Source: Pirellulaceae bacterium (GTDB lineage: Bacteria > Planctomycetota > Planctomycetia > Pirellulales > Pirellulaceae). From it: a stretch of DNA of 64,000 nucleotides. The stretch is from positions 1,623,126 to 1,687,125 of the forward strand of contig CAVOSP010000003.1 of NCBI GenBank assembly GCA_963698905.1, written 5' to 3'. The position numbers were made by a program, and so were the translations under genes. This document shows, piece after piece, positions 1 to 10,014 of this stretch (position 1 is the stretch's first letter; every line of letters starts with the position of its first letter). The notes beneath the pieces were generated by a model, which was not told where the DNA came from, did not search any database, and worked only from the letters and a program-made list of their open reading frames with translations.

Positions 1-831
1 CGACCCACAAAGAACTAGGGGATGTGACCAACGGACAGGAGATCACCCTTGACAATTACTATGAAATATTCGACGGCTTGCTTTCACCCGAGCAGATGGA
101 AGGCCTCAAAGAACTACTTCGGCCCTCCCCGACAACCTGGTTCAACCACACCACTCATCGGGTGACAGAAAGTCCTTCCCAAGGCGTTTCCTGTATGGAC
201 TGCCATGTCAATGGCCACACCAACGGGGCGGTCGAATTGGCCCCCGACGCCCGTCCCAATCTGGCTCGGCTGCGAATGGATACGCCGACCATGCGGGGCA
301 ATTATAATTTGATGCAGTTATCGTCAAAGCGATCGATTCGCAGCCTCGATCATTTTTCGGAAGTAGAAGAATATTTTGATGGTGATCCGGGCATGCAACA
401 GGCGATTGGCCCGCGGGCTGCAAAACGAGAAGTGACCAATCGGATGGGCGATTTCAATGCCATCATCGACTACCCGCCGACTCCAAAACTGAACGCCTTG
501 AATCGTTTGATCGAATCGAAAGCTTCGGAGTCGGAACTCCGCGGTGAAACTTTGTTTTTTGGCAAAGCCCAATGCTCACAGTGTCACAGCGGACCTGCTT
601 TTGTTGACGATTACATGCACGATTTGAAGGTGGAACGATTTTATGTCGGTCGCCCCGAAGGTCCGATTAAGACGTTTCGCGCTTCGTGGAATCAAAGATT
701 CGCCACCCTATTTGCACGACGGCCGCTGCCCCACCCTGCACGATACGGTCGAGTTTTTCAACATCGTGCTGGAATTGAAGCTGACCAAGCAAGAAAAAGA
801 AGACCTGGTAGCTTACATGTTGACTTTGTAA
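1..831 (+). pseudogene. di-haem cytochrome c peroxidase / MauG-family protein; 5' end may lie outside the window; apparent frameshift near 675-680
   Basis: The reading frame is open from base 3. There are two haem-binding CxxCH motifs (CMDCH, CSQCH) with the context FFGKAQCSQCHSGPAF. The conserved C-terminal block ALRGIKDSPPYLHDGRCPTLHDTVEFFN is only read in the frame of ORF 643..831, so the two frames must be joined near the TTT run at 675-677. The tail of ORF 24..1253 beyond ~680 is antisense read-through. Confidence 0.8.
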
Positions 832-977
832 TCGTGCGTTGCTGCGGTTGCTTCGTTATCCGCTATAAGTCTCCGCCAGCGTGCGCTGCCGATTTGTTCT
901 CGACGCGACTAACGAGTCTTGAAGTAGCCGACCTGCTTGGTTTGACGCCAATCGCTCGCGAACAAGTAGATTCTCGG

Positions 978-1421
978 TCACCTCAGCTGAGGAAACCACA
1001 ACGTTGCCGTGGCGAACTCGACACTATTCCCAGCGGGATCGCGACAATAGATCGAGTTCCCACCACCAGGCCAAATGATCTCGGATTCGATGGCGACGCC
1101 ATGTCGATTCAAGTTCGTTCTGATCGCGTCGAATTGGCTTGCCTGAACCCGAAAGGCGAAATGGGACGGACCATCGGCGCCATGCTGCGGAATGATTTGA
1201 TCGCCGACGTGAACGTCGGTGCTGCGCGTGCTCTGCGGGTTGAACACCAATAACATGCTGCCGCCCACCTGGTAGAACAGGTGTCGGCCGGGCTCGCTGG
1301 AAAAGAGTTCCAAGCCGACGACGCCTTCGTAAAACTGCCGCGCAGCAACAAGGTCATCACAGTAAATCACCGTTTCCAGGATCGCGCGCGGTTGGATGTC
1401 GGGTTGTTCAGAGATTGTCAT
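978..1421 (-). CDS. VOC (glyoxalase/bleomycin-resistance/dioxygenase) family protein
   Basis: 147-aa ORF. It has the typical VOC pattern (ILETVIYCDDLVAARQFYEGVVGLEL ... HFAFRV ... IYCRDPAGNSVEF). Confidence 0.85.
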   Translation of the reverse strand: MTISEQPDIQPRAILETVIYCDDLVAARQFYEGVVGLELFSSEPGRHLFYQVGGSMLLVFNPQSTRSTDVHVGDQIIPQHGADGPSHFAFRVQASQFDAIRTNLNRHGVAIESEIIWPGGGNSIYCRDPAGNSVEFATATLWFPQLR

Positions 1422-1560
1422 TTCGTCAGCCGCATCGCCGTCGACTGGTGTGGCCGGAACTGAACCGGTGGAACGGGGCTTTTCCGACCCACCGGCTACC
1501 TATAGCCTTACCTGCCGTCGCGTCCAACGCAACCATTGTGCAATCAAGGGCAACCACGTC

Positions 1561-2103
1561 ATGGGTAGAGAGAGCAAACCGGCGAACGAACAATTGGTGT
1601 TGCGGGGTTCCCGCTTCAACGTTCACCGCATGGAATTGCTCGGCAGTGACGGAAAGACGTACCAGCGCGAGGTCGTGCGACATCCCGGCGCCGTTGTTCT
1701 GCTTCCCTTGTTGGACGCCGACACCGTCGTGATGATCGAAAATCACCGTCACACCGTCGCCGAAACGCTGTTGGAATTGCCGGCCGGAACCCGCGAACCA
1801 AATGAGCCGGCGGAACAGACAGCGGAGAGAGAATTGATCGAAGAAACCGGCTATCGCGCCGGAAGTCTGACTCTGCTGCATGAATTCTATTCGGCTCCGG
1901 GAATTTGTGATGAACGGATGCTGCTGTATGTGGCACGTGATCTGACCGAGGGGCAGCATCATCGCGAAGCGACCGAGCAAATCGAAAACCGCATCGCCAG
2001 CCGATCCGATATCCAGCGCTGGCTCGCCGACGGAACCATCCGAGACGCGAAATCGTTGATCGGCTTGTACGCCTTTCTAAACATGCCCCGCGATGATCGT
2101 TGA
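1561..2103 (+). CDS. NUDIX hydrolase (ADP-ribose pyrophosphatase-like)
   Basis: Nudix box GTREPNEPAEQTAERELIEETGY (Gx5Ex7REUxEExGU). The start is placed at ATG 1561, in frame within ORF 1396..2103. The upstream part of that ORF overlaps the divergent VOC gene. Confidence 0.9.
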   Translation: MGRESKPANEQLVLRGSRFNVHRMELLGSDGKTYQREVVRHPGAVVLLPLLDADTVVMIENHRHTVAETLLELPAGTREPNEPAEQTAERELIEETGYRAGSLTLLHEFYSAPGICDERMLLYVARDLTEGQHHREATEQIENRIASRSDIQRWLADGTIRDAKSLIGLYAFLNMPRDDR

Positions 2104-2109
2104 ATCTTG

Positions 2110-2158
2110 CTCCACGCCCCAACCTCCACGCCCCAACCTCCACGCCCCAACCTCCACG
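2110..2158. repeat. 14-bp tandem repeat CTCCACGCCCCAAC x 3.5 in the NUDIX-aquaporin spacer
   Basis: Read directly from the sequence: three perfect 14-nt units (2110-2123, 2124-2137, 2138-2151) plus a half unit (2152-2158). Confidence 0.9.
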
Positions 2159-2170
2159 TTCCCTGCTGCC

Positions 2171-2845
2171 ATGTCTGTATCCCTTCCAAAACGCTGCTTG
2201 GCGGAGATTTTCAGCACTTTTTGTCTGGTTTTAATCGGCTGCGGCGCGATGGCTGTCGACTCGCAAACCGGTGCATTGACTCACGTGGGTGTAGCCACCT
2301 CCTGGGGGCTGGTGGTGATGGTGATGATCTATGCCGTTGGCCGGATCAGCGGTGCGCACATGAACCCCGCGGTGACGATCGCATTCACCGCCGGTCGACG
2401 GTTGCCAGTGACAGACATGGCTGGCTACATCGTTGCGCAATGTAGCGGAGCGCTCGCGGCGGCCCTGGCAATACGCGCGGTACTGGGCGTCGATGATGCG
2501 ATGTTGGGGGCGACATCGGTGCAATTGGAGCTTGGACTGCTGGTCGGCTTGGCGATCGAGTTCTTGATGACGGCGATTTTGATGTTTGTGGTGATGGGCG
2601 TCTCGACCGGAGCGAAAGAAGAATCACTGACAGCGGGAATCGCAGTTGGAGCGACGATTGCCATGGAGGCGTTTGTGGCGGGACCGCTAACGAAAGCATC
2701 CATGAATCCAGCCCGCAGTCTGGGGCCGGCGGTGGCATCGGGAGATGTCAGTGAGCTGTGGATCTATATCGTGGGTCCCATCGCCGGAGCACTGGTTGGC
2801 GCGGCGCTGTATCGGGCGGTGCAAGAGACGAGTCTTGAGTCCTGA
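2171..2845 (+). CDS. MIP-family channel (aquaporin/aquaglyceroporin)
   Basis: Two NPA boxes (HMNPAVTIAF and SMNPARSLGP) in a six-TM hydrophobic protein. The start is placed at ATG 2171 (MSVSLPKRCLAEIF...). Confidence 0.93.
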   Translation: MSVSLPKRCLAEIFSTFCLVLIGCGAMAVDSQTGALTHVGVATSWGLVVMVMIYAVGRISGAHMNPAVTIAFTAGRRLPVTDMAGYIVAQCSGALAAALAIRAVLGVDDAMLGATSVQLELGLLVGLAIEFLMTAILMFVVMGVSTGAKEESLTAGIAVGATIAMEAFVAGPLTKASMNPARSLGPAVASGDVSELWIYIVGPIAGALVGAALYRAVQETSLES

Positions 2846-2876
2846 GTCCTGAGTACTCGGTACCGGTTTCTGGAGA

Positions 2877-5030
2877 TTACTTTACGATTCGCCAGCAGCG
2901 ATGGATGCGGCGGTTTCGGAAATCCTCGGGGACGGTTTGCTTGGAAATCTCATGAATCTCGCTGGCGTTGATCGCTGCTTGATCGAATTTGAACTTGCGA
3001 AAGTTGTTCGAAAAGTAAATCACTCCTCCGCTGCGGACCAACGGCAGCAAATTGTTCAACATTGGCACGGCATCTTCTTGCACGTTGAAGTCCTGTTCGG
3101 TTCGTTTGCTGTTGGAATAGGTCGGCGGGTCGACAACGATCAGATCATACCGCTGATCTCGGGGATGGTTGGCGATGAATTGGCCCACATCGCTTGCGAT
3201 ATACTCGTGCTCCGGCCCCGTAAATCCATTTAGCCGCATATTGTCCCGCGCCCAATCGAGGTAGGATCGCGACAAATCGACGGTGGTCGTCTGTTTTGCT
3301 CCACCGGCGGCGGCGTAGACCGTGAACGCACCGGTGTAAGCGAACAGATTCAGAAACGTTTTCCCGTCGGCCATGTCGCGGACCATCGCGCGGGTGATTC
3401 GATGATCCAGGAACAAACCGGTGTCGACATAGTCCGCCAGGTTGACCAGGAACTTCAGTCCGCCCTCGTGAACTTCCAGTCGTTGTTTGGTATCGGCGAC
3501 TTTGTCGTGTTGCGTATTGCCGCGTTGTCGAGTGCGACGTTTGAAGAACACGTTGGCCTTGGGGATCTCCAAGGCTTCGGCTGCGGTGGTCGCCATCAGG
3601 TCCAGCCAATTTCCATGCTGAGCCGGATCGCGATCGTGGGGGCGATCGTATTCGGTGATGTGCAGCGAGTTTTCGTAGCGATCGACGACCAGCGGTATTT
3701 CGGGAATGTCCCGTTCATAGACGCGAAAACAAGTGATCCCGCGTCGGCTGGGCCAGCGACGCAAATGCTTGGCGCGTTTTCTTAACCTGACGGCAAACAG
3801 TTCGGCTTGCTCAGTTGCCTTTTCACCCAGGGTTCCGAAAGCGGCCGAGCCTGATGCGTGCAGATAAGGGATCTCGGCATCGGTTTGATTGACAACTGGC
3901 TTGGGTCCGTGAAATTGAAAGTAAGTGCATTCGATCCGCCCGTTGTACAGCTTGCGCCGTCGATCCGCCTGGCGGCCCACTGTTTTCTCAAAGTTGGGAT
4001 AGGCGGTCAAAACAAAGTGCGACCAGGTCGGCAGTTTGCGAAACAGATCGGGTAGCGCCTCGTACAGCGCGTCCAGATCGTCAGCGCGACCGATTCGCTG
4101 GCCGTAGGGCGGGTTGGTGATCAGGCAGCCAAATCTTCGCTTGCTGGTCACTTGTTCGATCGATTTGACTTGAAAATGAATGTCTTCGCCCACGCCGGCT
4201 CGCTCGGCATTTTCGCGGGCCGCTTTCAAAGCACGCTCGTCGATATCGCTGCCGATCAGACGCTCTGCCAATGGTTCCAATTGGTCAGCGTCGGCTTGAG
4301 CGCGAGCGGCCGCAAAGATTTCCGCAGACCAACCGGGCCACAACTCGCAGGCAAACTCACGATTTCTACCTGGTGCGATGTTGCGGCCGATCAACGCGGC
4401 TTCGATCGGGATCGTACCGCTGCCGCAAAAAGGATCGATCAAAGGTTTGTCGCGTTTCCAGAAACTGAGCAACACCAGCGTGGCGGCCAGCGTTTCTTTG
4501 AGCGGAGCGGCGGAAATGTGCGTGCGATAACCTCGGCGGTGTAGAGAACGACCGGTGGTATCGAGCGTCAAAGTGGCAATGTCCTTCAGCAGCGAAATGT
4601 CGACTTTATATTCGGCCGCTGTTTCCGGAAGTATTTCCACACCGTGATCACGCCGCATCGCATCAACCAGTGCTCGCTTGACGGCACGTTGACATGCCGG
4701 GACGCTGGTCAACGTCGACTTGATCGATCGACCGGTGACAGGAACCTGTCCGTCCGGCGGTATCCATTGGCCCCAGGCGATCTGCCGTGTGGTTTCGAAG
4801 AGTGCGTCAAAGTCGGCAGCGGGAAACTCGGCGACCCGGATCAAGACTCGATCGGCCGCGCGCAGCCACAGATTAACGCGAGCCACCGTTTCGGTCGTGC
4901 CGCGAAAATGAACGCGGCCCGAGTCTCCAATCACGGACTCGACGCCAAGCGACTCCAGTTCTCGGCGTACGACGGCTTCCAGGCCAAAAGCGCAGGCGGC
5001 GATCAAATCGAAAGTGTCCGGAGTGGGCAT
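2877..5030 (-). CDS. rlmL: bifunctional 23S rRNA methyltransferase RlmKL (THUMP + two class I SAM-MTase modules)
   Basis: The N-terminal THUMP-like region is followed by DPFCGSGTIPIEAA and ITNPPYGQRIG (RlmL module). The C-terminal part has LNLFAYTGAFTVYAAAGGA and VVDPPTYSNSK (RlmK module). The size is ~717 aa from ATG 5030; the ORF extends to 5174, so the start is uncertain. Confidence 0.9.
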   Translation of the reverse strand: MPTPDTFDLIAACAFGLEAVVRRELESLGVESVIGDSGRVHFRGTTETVARVNLWLRAADRVLIRVAEFPAADFDALFETTRQIAWGQWIPPDGQVPVTGRSIKSTLTSVPACQRAVKRALVDAMRRDHGVEILPETAAEYKVDISLLKDIATLTLDTTGRSLHRRGYRTHISAAPLKETLAATLVLLSFWKRDKPLIDPFCGSGTIPIEAALIGRNIAPGRNREFACELWPGWSAEIFAAARAQADADQLEPLAERLIGSDIDERALKAARENAERAGVGEDIHFQVKSIEQVTSKRRFGCLITNPPYGQRIGRADDLDALYEALPDLFRKLPTWSHFVLTAYPNFEKTVGRQADRRRKLYNGRIECTYFQFHGPKPVVNQTDAEIPYLHASGSAAFGTLGEKATEQAELFAVRLRKRAKHLRRWPSRRGITCFRVYERDIPEIPLVVDRYENSLHITEYDRPHDRDPAQHGNWLDLMATTAAEALEIPKANVFFKRRTRQRGNTQHDKVADTKQRLEVHEGGLKFLVNLADYVDTGLFLDHRITRAMVRDMADGKTFLNLFAYTGAFTVYAAAGGAKQTTTVDLSRSYLDWARDNMRLNGFTGPEHEYIASDVGQFIANHPRDQRYDLIVVDPPTYSNSKRTEQDFNVQEDAVPMLNNLLPLVRSGGVIYFSNNFRKFKFDQAAINASEIHEISKQTVPEDFRNRRIHRCWRIVK

Positions 5031-5266
5031 GTTTTTGAAACTAAGGATGATCAGATCGGGTGATGTCGGTCGCGTCCCCAGAGGCAACTCGAGATGCGAC
5101 ATCCACGGTGCTTCGAGGATCAACATGAGCAGAGGTGCAGCAACGATTGGAGGCGAGCTGCTCGCCAGACTCACATCCCGATTCCAGTCACCTTAAGATT
5201 ACAGTTTGCCGCACCACCAGCATTGTAACGCTACGGGACTCGCGGTAGCTGGCATGGCGATGCAGA

Positions 5267-5797
5267 ATGGTCCAAATGGATAGTGAGCGACATTTGTATT
5301 TGACTGGATATCGCGGTACCGGTAAGAGTTCGGTTGGGGTGGCGCTTGCGCGGCAGCTTGATCGTGCCGTGATCGACTTGGATCAAGTCGTCGAAGCCAA
5401 CGCGGGTAGGTCCATTGGCGAGATCTTTCAGCAGGGGGGCGAACCCCTATTCCGTCGTTTGGAATCTGAAGCGCTTGCCACGGTGTCGCAGTCCGATGCT
5501 GCTGTGATCTCGCTGGGCGGCGGAGCGATCCTCGATCGTCAAAATCGGGAGATCATCCAACGCACGGGTCTCTGCGTTTGGTTAACAGCCGAGCCGGAAA
5601 CCATCGCCCAGCGGATCAATGCTGATGCAACGACCGGGCAAACACGGCCGCCGTTGACTGGTTTGGATCAATTGTCAGAGATCCGTGATTTGCTGGGAAA
5701 ACGGCACGCGTTGTACAAGGCGGTTTCGGATTACGAGATCCCTACCGAGGAAAAATCGATTGAACAGATCGCGGCCGAAATCATCAACTCTCTGTAA
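5267..5797 (+). CDS. aroK: shikimate kinase
   Basis: 176 aa. P-loop GYRGTGKSSVG, followed by DLDQVVEANAGRSIGEIF and FRRLESEAL, which are typical of AroK. Confidence 0.93.
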   Translation: MVQMDSERHLYLTGYRGTGKSSVGVALARQLDRAVIDLDQVVEANAGRSIGEIFQQGGEPLFRRLESEALATVSQSDAAVISLGGGAILDRQNREIIQRTGLCVWLTAEPETIAQRINADATTGQTRPPLTGLDQLSEIRDLLGKRHALYKAVSDYEIPTEEKSIEQIAAEIINSL

Positions 5798-6227
5798 AGA
5801 TGAGTCAAAGCGACGCTCTGGAAGAACCAGGAACTGGGATTTTGCGACGCTATTAGCTTGATTTTTCCACGGAATAATTGCTCTTGAATCGGCTGGTCAT
5901 TATCTGCACAATCCTCGGTCGCTCGTGGGGCACTGGCCGACTGACGGCTGTTGCACCACTTGGCAATGGATTGCGATCAATCGAAAATTACCCGAGGGTC
6001 ACTAAACCGCGATCTTTTCGCGGTTCGGGAGGCTTCCGTCTGAAAAACAGAAAGACGGCGGGTGGACCGATTGATGAAATTTCGCCAGCTTGAATGGGCG
6101 AGACGATCAGGGAAGAACCGTATTCTTCTTTTCCGTCACATCGGTGGCGGTTACTGAGCGTTTCGTTGGATCCCGCGGGATTCATTCAAGCGGTACCTTT
6201 CAATGGAGTTGTCGTTTGTCCCTGCCC

Positions 6228-8152
6228 ATGGACTTCGACCTGAAAGAGCGAGTGCGAAGCGCTGTCGACATCGTCGATGTCATCGGCGCCACGCTGGAAT
6301 TACAACCGCAAGGCCGTAACTTCGTTGCCCGTTGCCCCTGGCACCACGACCGTCGTCCATCGATGACCGTCAATCAAGAACGGCAAACTTGGAAATGCTG
6401 GCCCTGCGATATCGGTGGAGATGTCTTCAGTTTTGTGATGCGCCGCGACGGCGTCGATTTTCCGGAGGCGATGCGCACGCTTGCCGAATTGGCCGGCATC
6501 CCGATCCAGGAATACAGTCGCGGCAAGAAATCAAAGCCCGGCGAGCCGAATGACAAAGAAACATTGCTGCGGGCGATGAAACTGGTCAGCGACGCGTACT
6601 TTGAACTATTGGACAGCGGCACCTCGGATGACGCGAAAATTGCTCGAGATTACATCGCCGAGCGCGGGATTAGCGAGCAGAGCCGCGATCGATTCAAGAT
6701 TGGCTTTGCTCCGGATTCATGGGATTTTGCCGTCAAATTATTGCAACAGCACAAGCTGAACGGTCTGGTCGCCCAGGCCTCCGGCGTGGCGTCGGCCAAA
6801 CGCTCGGGCGATGGTTATGTGGACATGTTCCGCGGCCGGTTGATGTTTCCGATCCATGATTTGCAAGGTCGCCCGATCGCACTGGGTGGCCGTGTGATCC
6901 CCGCGATTGCGCAGCGCCATGGCGAGCATGTTGGCGGCAAGTACATCAATGGCCGCGAAACCATCCTGTTTCGCAAGTCCCACCAGCTGTATGGGCTGGA
7001 CAAGGCCCGCGACGCGATCCGTCGCCAAGGCCAAGTGTTCGTGATGGAAGGTTACACCGATGTGGTGGCGGCATGGCAAGCGGGGATCGAGCCGGTTGTC
7101 GCAGTGTTGGGTACCGCTTTGGGCCAACAGCACGTCAAGATGCTTAAACGGTTCGCCAAACAGGTGGTGCTGGTGTTGGACGGAGATTCGGCGGGTCAGA
7201 ATCGGGCCGATGAAGTCTTGGAGTTATTCGTCAGCGCCGATGCCGACCTGCGCGTGTTGACGTTACCTGACGGCAGCGATCCGGCAGACTTTCTGGCCGC
7301 CCACGGTCGCCAGGCTTTTCAGGAATTGGTCGCTGAAGCGCCCGACGCCATGGACCACAAACTGGCTCGACTTACCGCGGGTGTCGACCTGTGCGAGACA
7401 CACACGCGGTCACGACAGCGGTCGACACAATGCTGCGGATTGTCGCCAAAGCTCCGGATGGGCTTCGATCCGATCAGTTGCTCAGTCGTATTTCGAGAAC
7501 TTTTGATTTCAAAACTGAACGATTGGAACAGCGGTTGGCTTTTTTGCGTGAGCAGATCAAGCGCCGCAGCGCTGGTCGTCTTGCCACCCGACCGACGAGA
7601 CGCCCGCCGCAGGTCGATCCCAACGCAGCGTTTGCCCAATCGGCCGATCCAGAAGGATTCGGAGACCCACCGCTCCGTCTCGCTGACGAGGTTCCGCCGG
7701 TGTTGCGACCGGTGACGGGAATCGATCGTGACCTGTTCGAAGCGCTGATCGAAGCACCCGACTTGGCGGGCATGGCGGTCGAAGCCATCGATCCTGATTG
7801 GTTTGACAGTGTCACCGCGAGAATGTTGCTGTCCGCTTACCAAGATCTGGAACTGGCCGGCCGATCACTGGATGTCGATTCGCTGTTGTTGCTGATCGAG
7901 AACGAGCAGCTGAAAAATGTCGTCGTTTCGTTACAGCAGCGGCAAAATGAGCGAGCCGGCAAATTGCCTGAAACTGCCCAGCAGCGTTACGCGGCGATCA
8001 TGAATCGGTATCGCGAACGGGCCTTTGCGGTAAAGAACAACAAACAGATCGAGTTGTTGTCGTCGGCTTCCATGGATGAAGAAGACGAAGTCGCGGTGCT
8101 AAAAGCCATGATTGATGAACAACGCGATCGTCACGGAATCAAGAATCAATAA
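6228..8152 (+). pseudogene. dnaG: DNA primase DnaG, split into two frames (6228..~7390 and ~7391..8152) by an apparent 1-nt indel
   Basis: CHC2 zinc finger CPWHHDRRPSMTVNQERQTWKCWPC. TOPRIM motifs VMEGYTDVV and LVLDGDSAGQNRA. After ...LARLTAGVDL the first frame degenerates into R/S/C-rich nonsense, while frame +2 continues with a protein-like, helical and acidic C-terminal domain to 8152. The upstream stop in the second frame is at 7334-7336, which bounds the shift to 7337-7395. Confidence 0.92.
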
Positions 8153-8200
8153 CTCAACTTCACTAACCGCGCATTAGAAGGAGCCACCAAATCTGATCGC

Positions 8201-8229
8201 CCCGCCGGAGAGTCGGCGGGTGTTTTTTT
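8201..8229 (+). terminator. intrinsic terminator downstream of dnaG
   Basis: Perfect 7-bp GC stem CCCGCCG (8201-8207) / CGGCGGG (8214-8220), a 6-nt loop, then TGTTTTTTT. Confidence 0.8.
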
Positions 8230-8275
8230 CGACCCAAGTGTCATGAAGACACAAACAAAAACATGAGGTTTTCCG

Positions 8276-9934
8276 ATGCAATTGATGGATCAAGAATTTT
8301 CGACACTGATCGCTCGCGGAATCAAGAATGGATTTCTAAGTTACGACGAGGTGAACGCTTACCTGCCGGACGAAGACGTCAATCCAGAAAAACTGGACAA
8401 ACTGTTGCTGGCTCTTGAACGGCACGGCATCACTTTGGCGGAAGCGTCCGAGCTGAGAAAAAATGCCGCGGAATTGGGCTTAACCGACGTCCCGGAAGAG
8501 ACCGACACGATGGGCGCGGCCAAAGACGCGCCGTTGGTTGCCGCGGAAATGCCCAAGCCTAGCGAAGATCCGATTCGCATGTACCTGAGCCAAATGGCCG
8601 AGATCCCGCTGTTGACGCGCGAAGAAGAAATCTCGCTGGCCAAAAAGATCGAGATCACCAGAAGACAATACCGGCGTTCGTTGTTGGAATCCGACTACGC
8701 GATGCGGGCCACGGTCGCCACGCTGCATCGAGTTCATAACGGCGAGTTGCCGTTTGATCGCACCATCAAGGTTTCATTGACTGAATGTTTGACCAAGGAA
8801 CAGATCAGCGCCCGGATGCCGCACAACTTGCGGACATTGGATAGTTTGATTCGTCAGAATAAAGCGGATTTTGAATTGTTGGTCCGCAAGAGCACGTCAC
8901 CGCGGTTGAAGGCCGAGGTGCGTCGTCGCTTCATTCGCAATCGTCGCAAGTGTTTGCACTTGGTCGAAGAACTCAGTCTGCGCAGCCGACGTGTGACACC
9001 GCTGTTGAAGCATTTGGAGGAAATCTCGCGCCGCATGAATTTCATCCGCCAACGGCTGTCCGAGTTGGGCAACGACGCGGTCAGTCGCGACGAGGCGGCC
9101 GATCTGAGGCAAGAGCAGCGCGAGCTGATGATGGTGACTCAGGAGAGCCCGGTCAGCTTGCACAATCGCATGCTCAAGACTCGTCGCCACTTCAACGAGT
9201 ACGAAGCAACCAAACGAGCGCTCAGTAGCGGTAATTTGCGGCTGGTTGTGTCAATCGCAAAAAAGTATCGAAATCGCGGACTGTCATTCTTGGATCTGAT
9301 TCAGGAAGGCAACACAGGCCTGATGCGGGCGGTTGACAAGTACGAGTACCGGCGGGGATTCAAATTCAGCACGTACGCAACGTGGTGGATTCGCCAGGCA
9401 ATCACGCGTGCGATCGCCGATCAGGCTCGTACGATCCGCATTCCGGTTCACATGATCGACGTGCTCAGCAAATTGCGGCAGGCTCAGAAACGATTGACGC
9501 AAGATCTGAAACGTGAGCCGACTTACGACGAAATCTCCATTGAGACGGAGATTCCGCTTGAGGAAGTTCGCCGCGTGATGGACATCGGCCGGCATCCGGT
9601 CAGCCTGGATCGTCCGGTCGGCGAGGGCGAAGACAGCAGTTTCGGAGAATTCATCCAAGATGGAGACAGTCACAATCCTGTTAAAATCGCCGCCGGCGGC
9701 GTGCTGCGAGCCAAGATCGATGAATTGTTGAAAACTCTGACCTTTCGTGAACGGGAGATCATTCGATTGCGTTACGGATTGGTGGACGGTTACAGCTACA
9801 CGCTCGAGGAATGCGGACGGATCTTCAAGGTAACGCGCGAACGTGTTCGTCAAATCGAGGCGAAAGCGGTCGCCAAGCTGCAAAGTCCGTCGCGTGCGGA
9901 TCGTTTGTCAGCCTTTCTGAAGACCGCTGCCTAG
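8276..9934 (+). CDS. rpoD: primary RNA polymerase sigma factor (sigma-70, RpoD)
   Basis: Region 1.2 [21 protein letters not shown]. Region 2 [46 protein letters not shown]. Region 4.2 [24 protein letters not shown]. It lies immediately downstream of dnaG. Confidence 0.97.
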   Translation: MQLMDQEFSTLIARGIKNGFLSYDEVNAYLPDEDVNPEKLDKLLLALERHGITLAEASELRKNAAELGLTDVPEETDTMGAAKDAPLVAAEMPKPSEDPIRMYLSQMAEIPLLTREEEISLAKKIEITRRQYRRSLLESDYAMRATVATLHRVHNGELPFDRTIKVSLTECLTKEQISARMPHNLRTLDSLIRQNKADFELLVRKSTSPRLKAEVRRRFIRNRRKCLHLVEELSLRSRRVTPLLKHLEEISRRMNFIRQRLSELGNDAVSRDEAADLRQEQRELMMVTQESPVSLHNRMLKTRRHFNEYEATKRALSSGNLRLVVSIAKKYRNRGLSFLDLIQEGNTGLMRAVDKYEYRRGFKFSTYATWWIRQAITRAIADQARTIRIPVHMIDVLSKLRQAQKRLTQDLKREPTYDEISIETEIPLEEVRRVMDIGRHPVSLDRPVGEGEDSSFGEFIQDGDSHNPVKIAAGGVLRAKIDELLKTLTFREREIIRLRYGLVDGYSYTLEECGRIFKVTRERVRQIEAKAVAKLQSPSRADRLSAFLKTAA

Positions 9935-9958
9935 TCCCCCGATGTTGTAAATCAAACT

Positions 9959-9994
9959 GGGCGATATGCTTTATGCTATCGCCCATTTTTTTTT
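9959..9994 (+). terminator. intrinsic terminator downstream of rpoD
   Basis: Stem GGGCGATA(T)GC / GCTATCGCCC with loop TTTAT, followed by ATTTTTTTTT. Confidence 0.8.
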
Positions 9995-10014
9995 CGGGAC
10001 TACGCCGACCAATC

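Noticed and set aside
680-1253. The long tail of ORF 24..1253 beyond the cytochrome c peroxidase homology.
   Set aside because: The sequence after ~680 is R/C/P-rich nonsense, and it runs antisense through the well-supported VOC gene (978..1421). The true CCP C-terminus is in another frame and ends at 831.
5878-6093. ORF 5878..6093 as a possible rpsU (S21) upstream of dnaG.
   Set aside because: The sequence has no resemblance to S21, which is basic, helical and of the MxxVxVxxxESxDxALRRFKR type. The region also contains two hairpins (6005-6025 and 6036-6058) and is more likely the dnaG leader.
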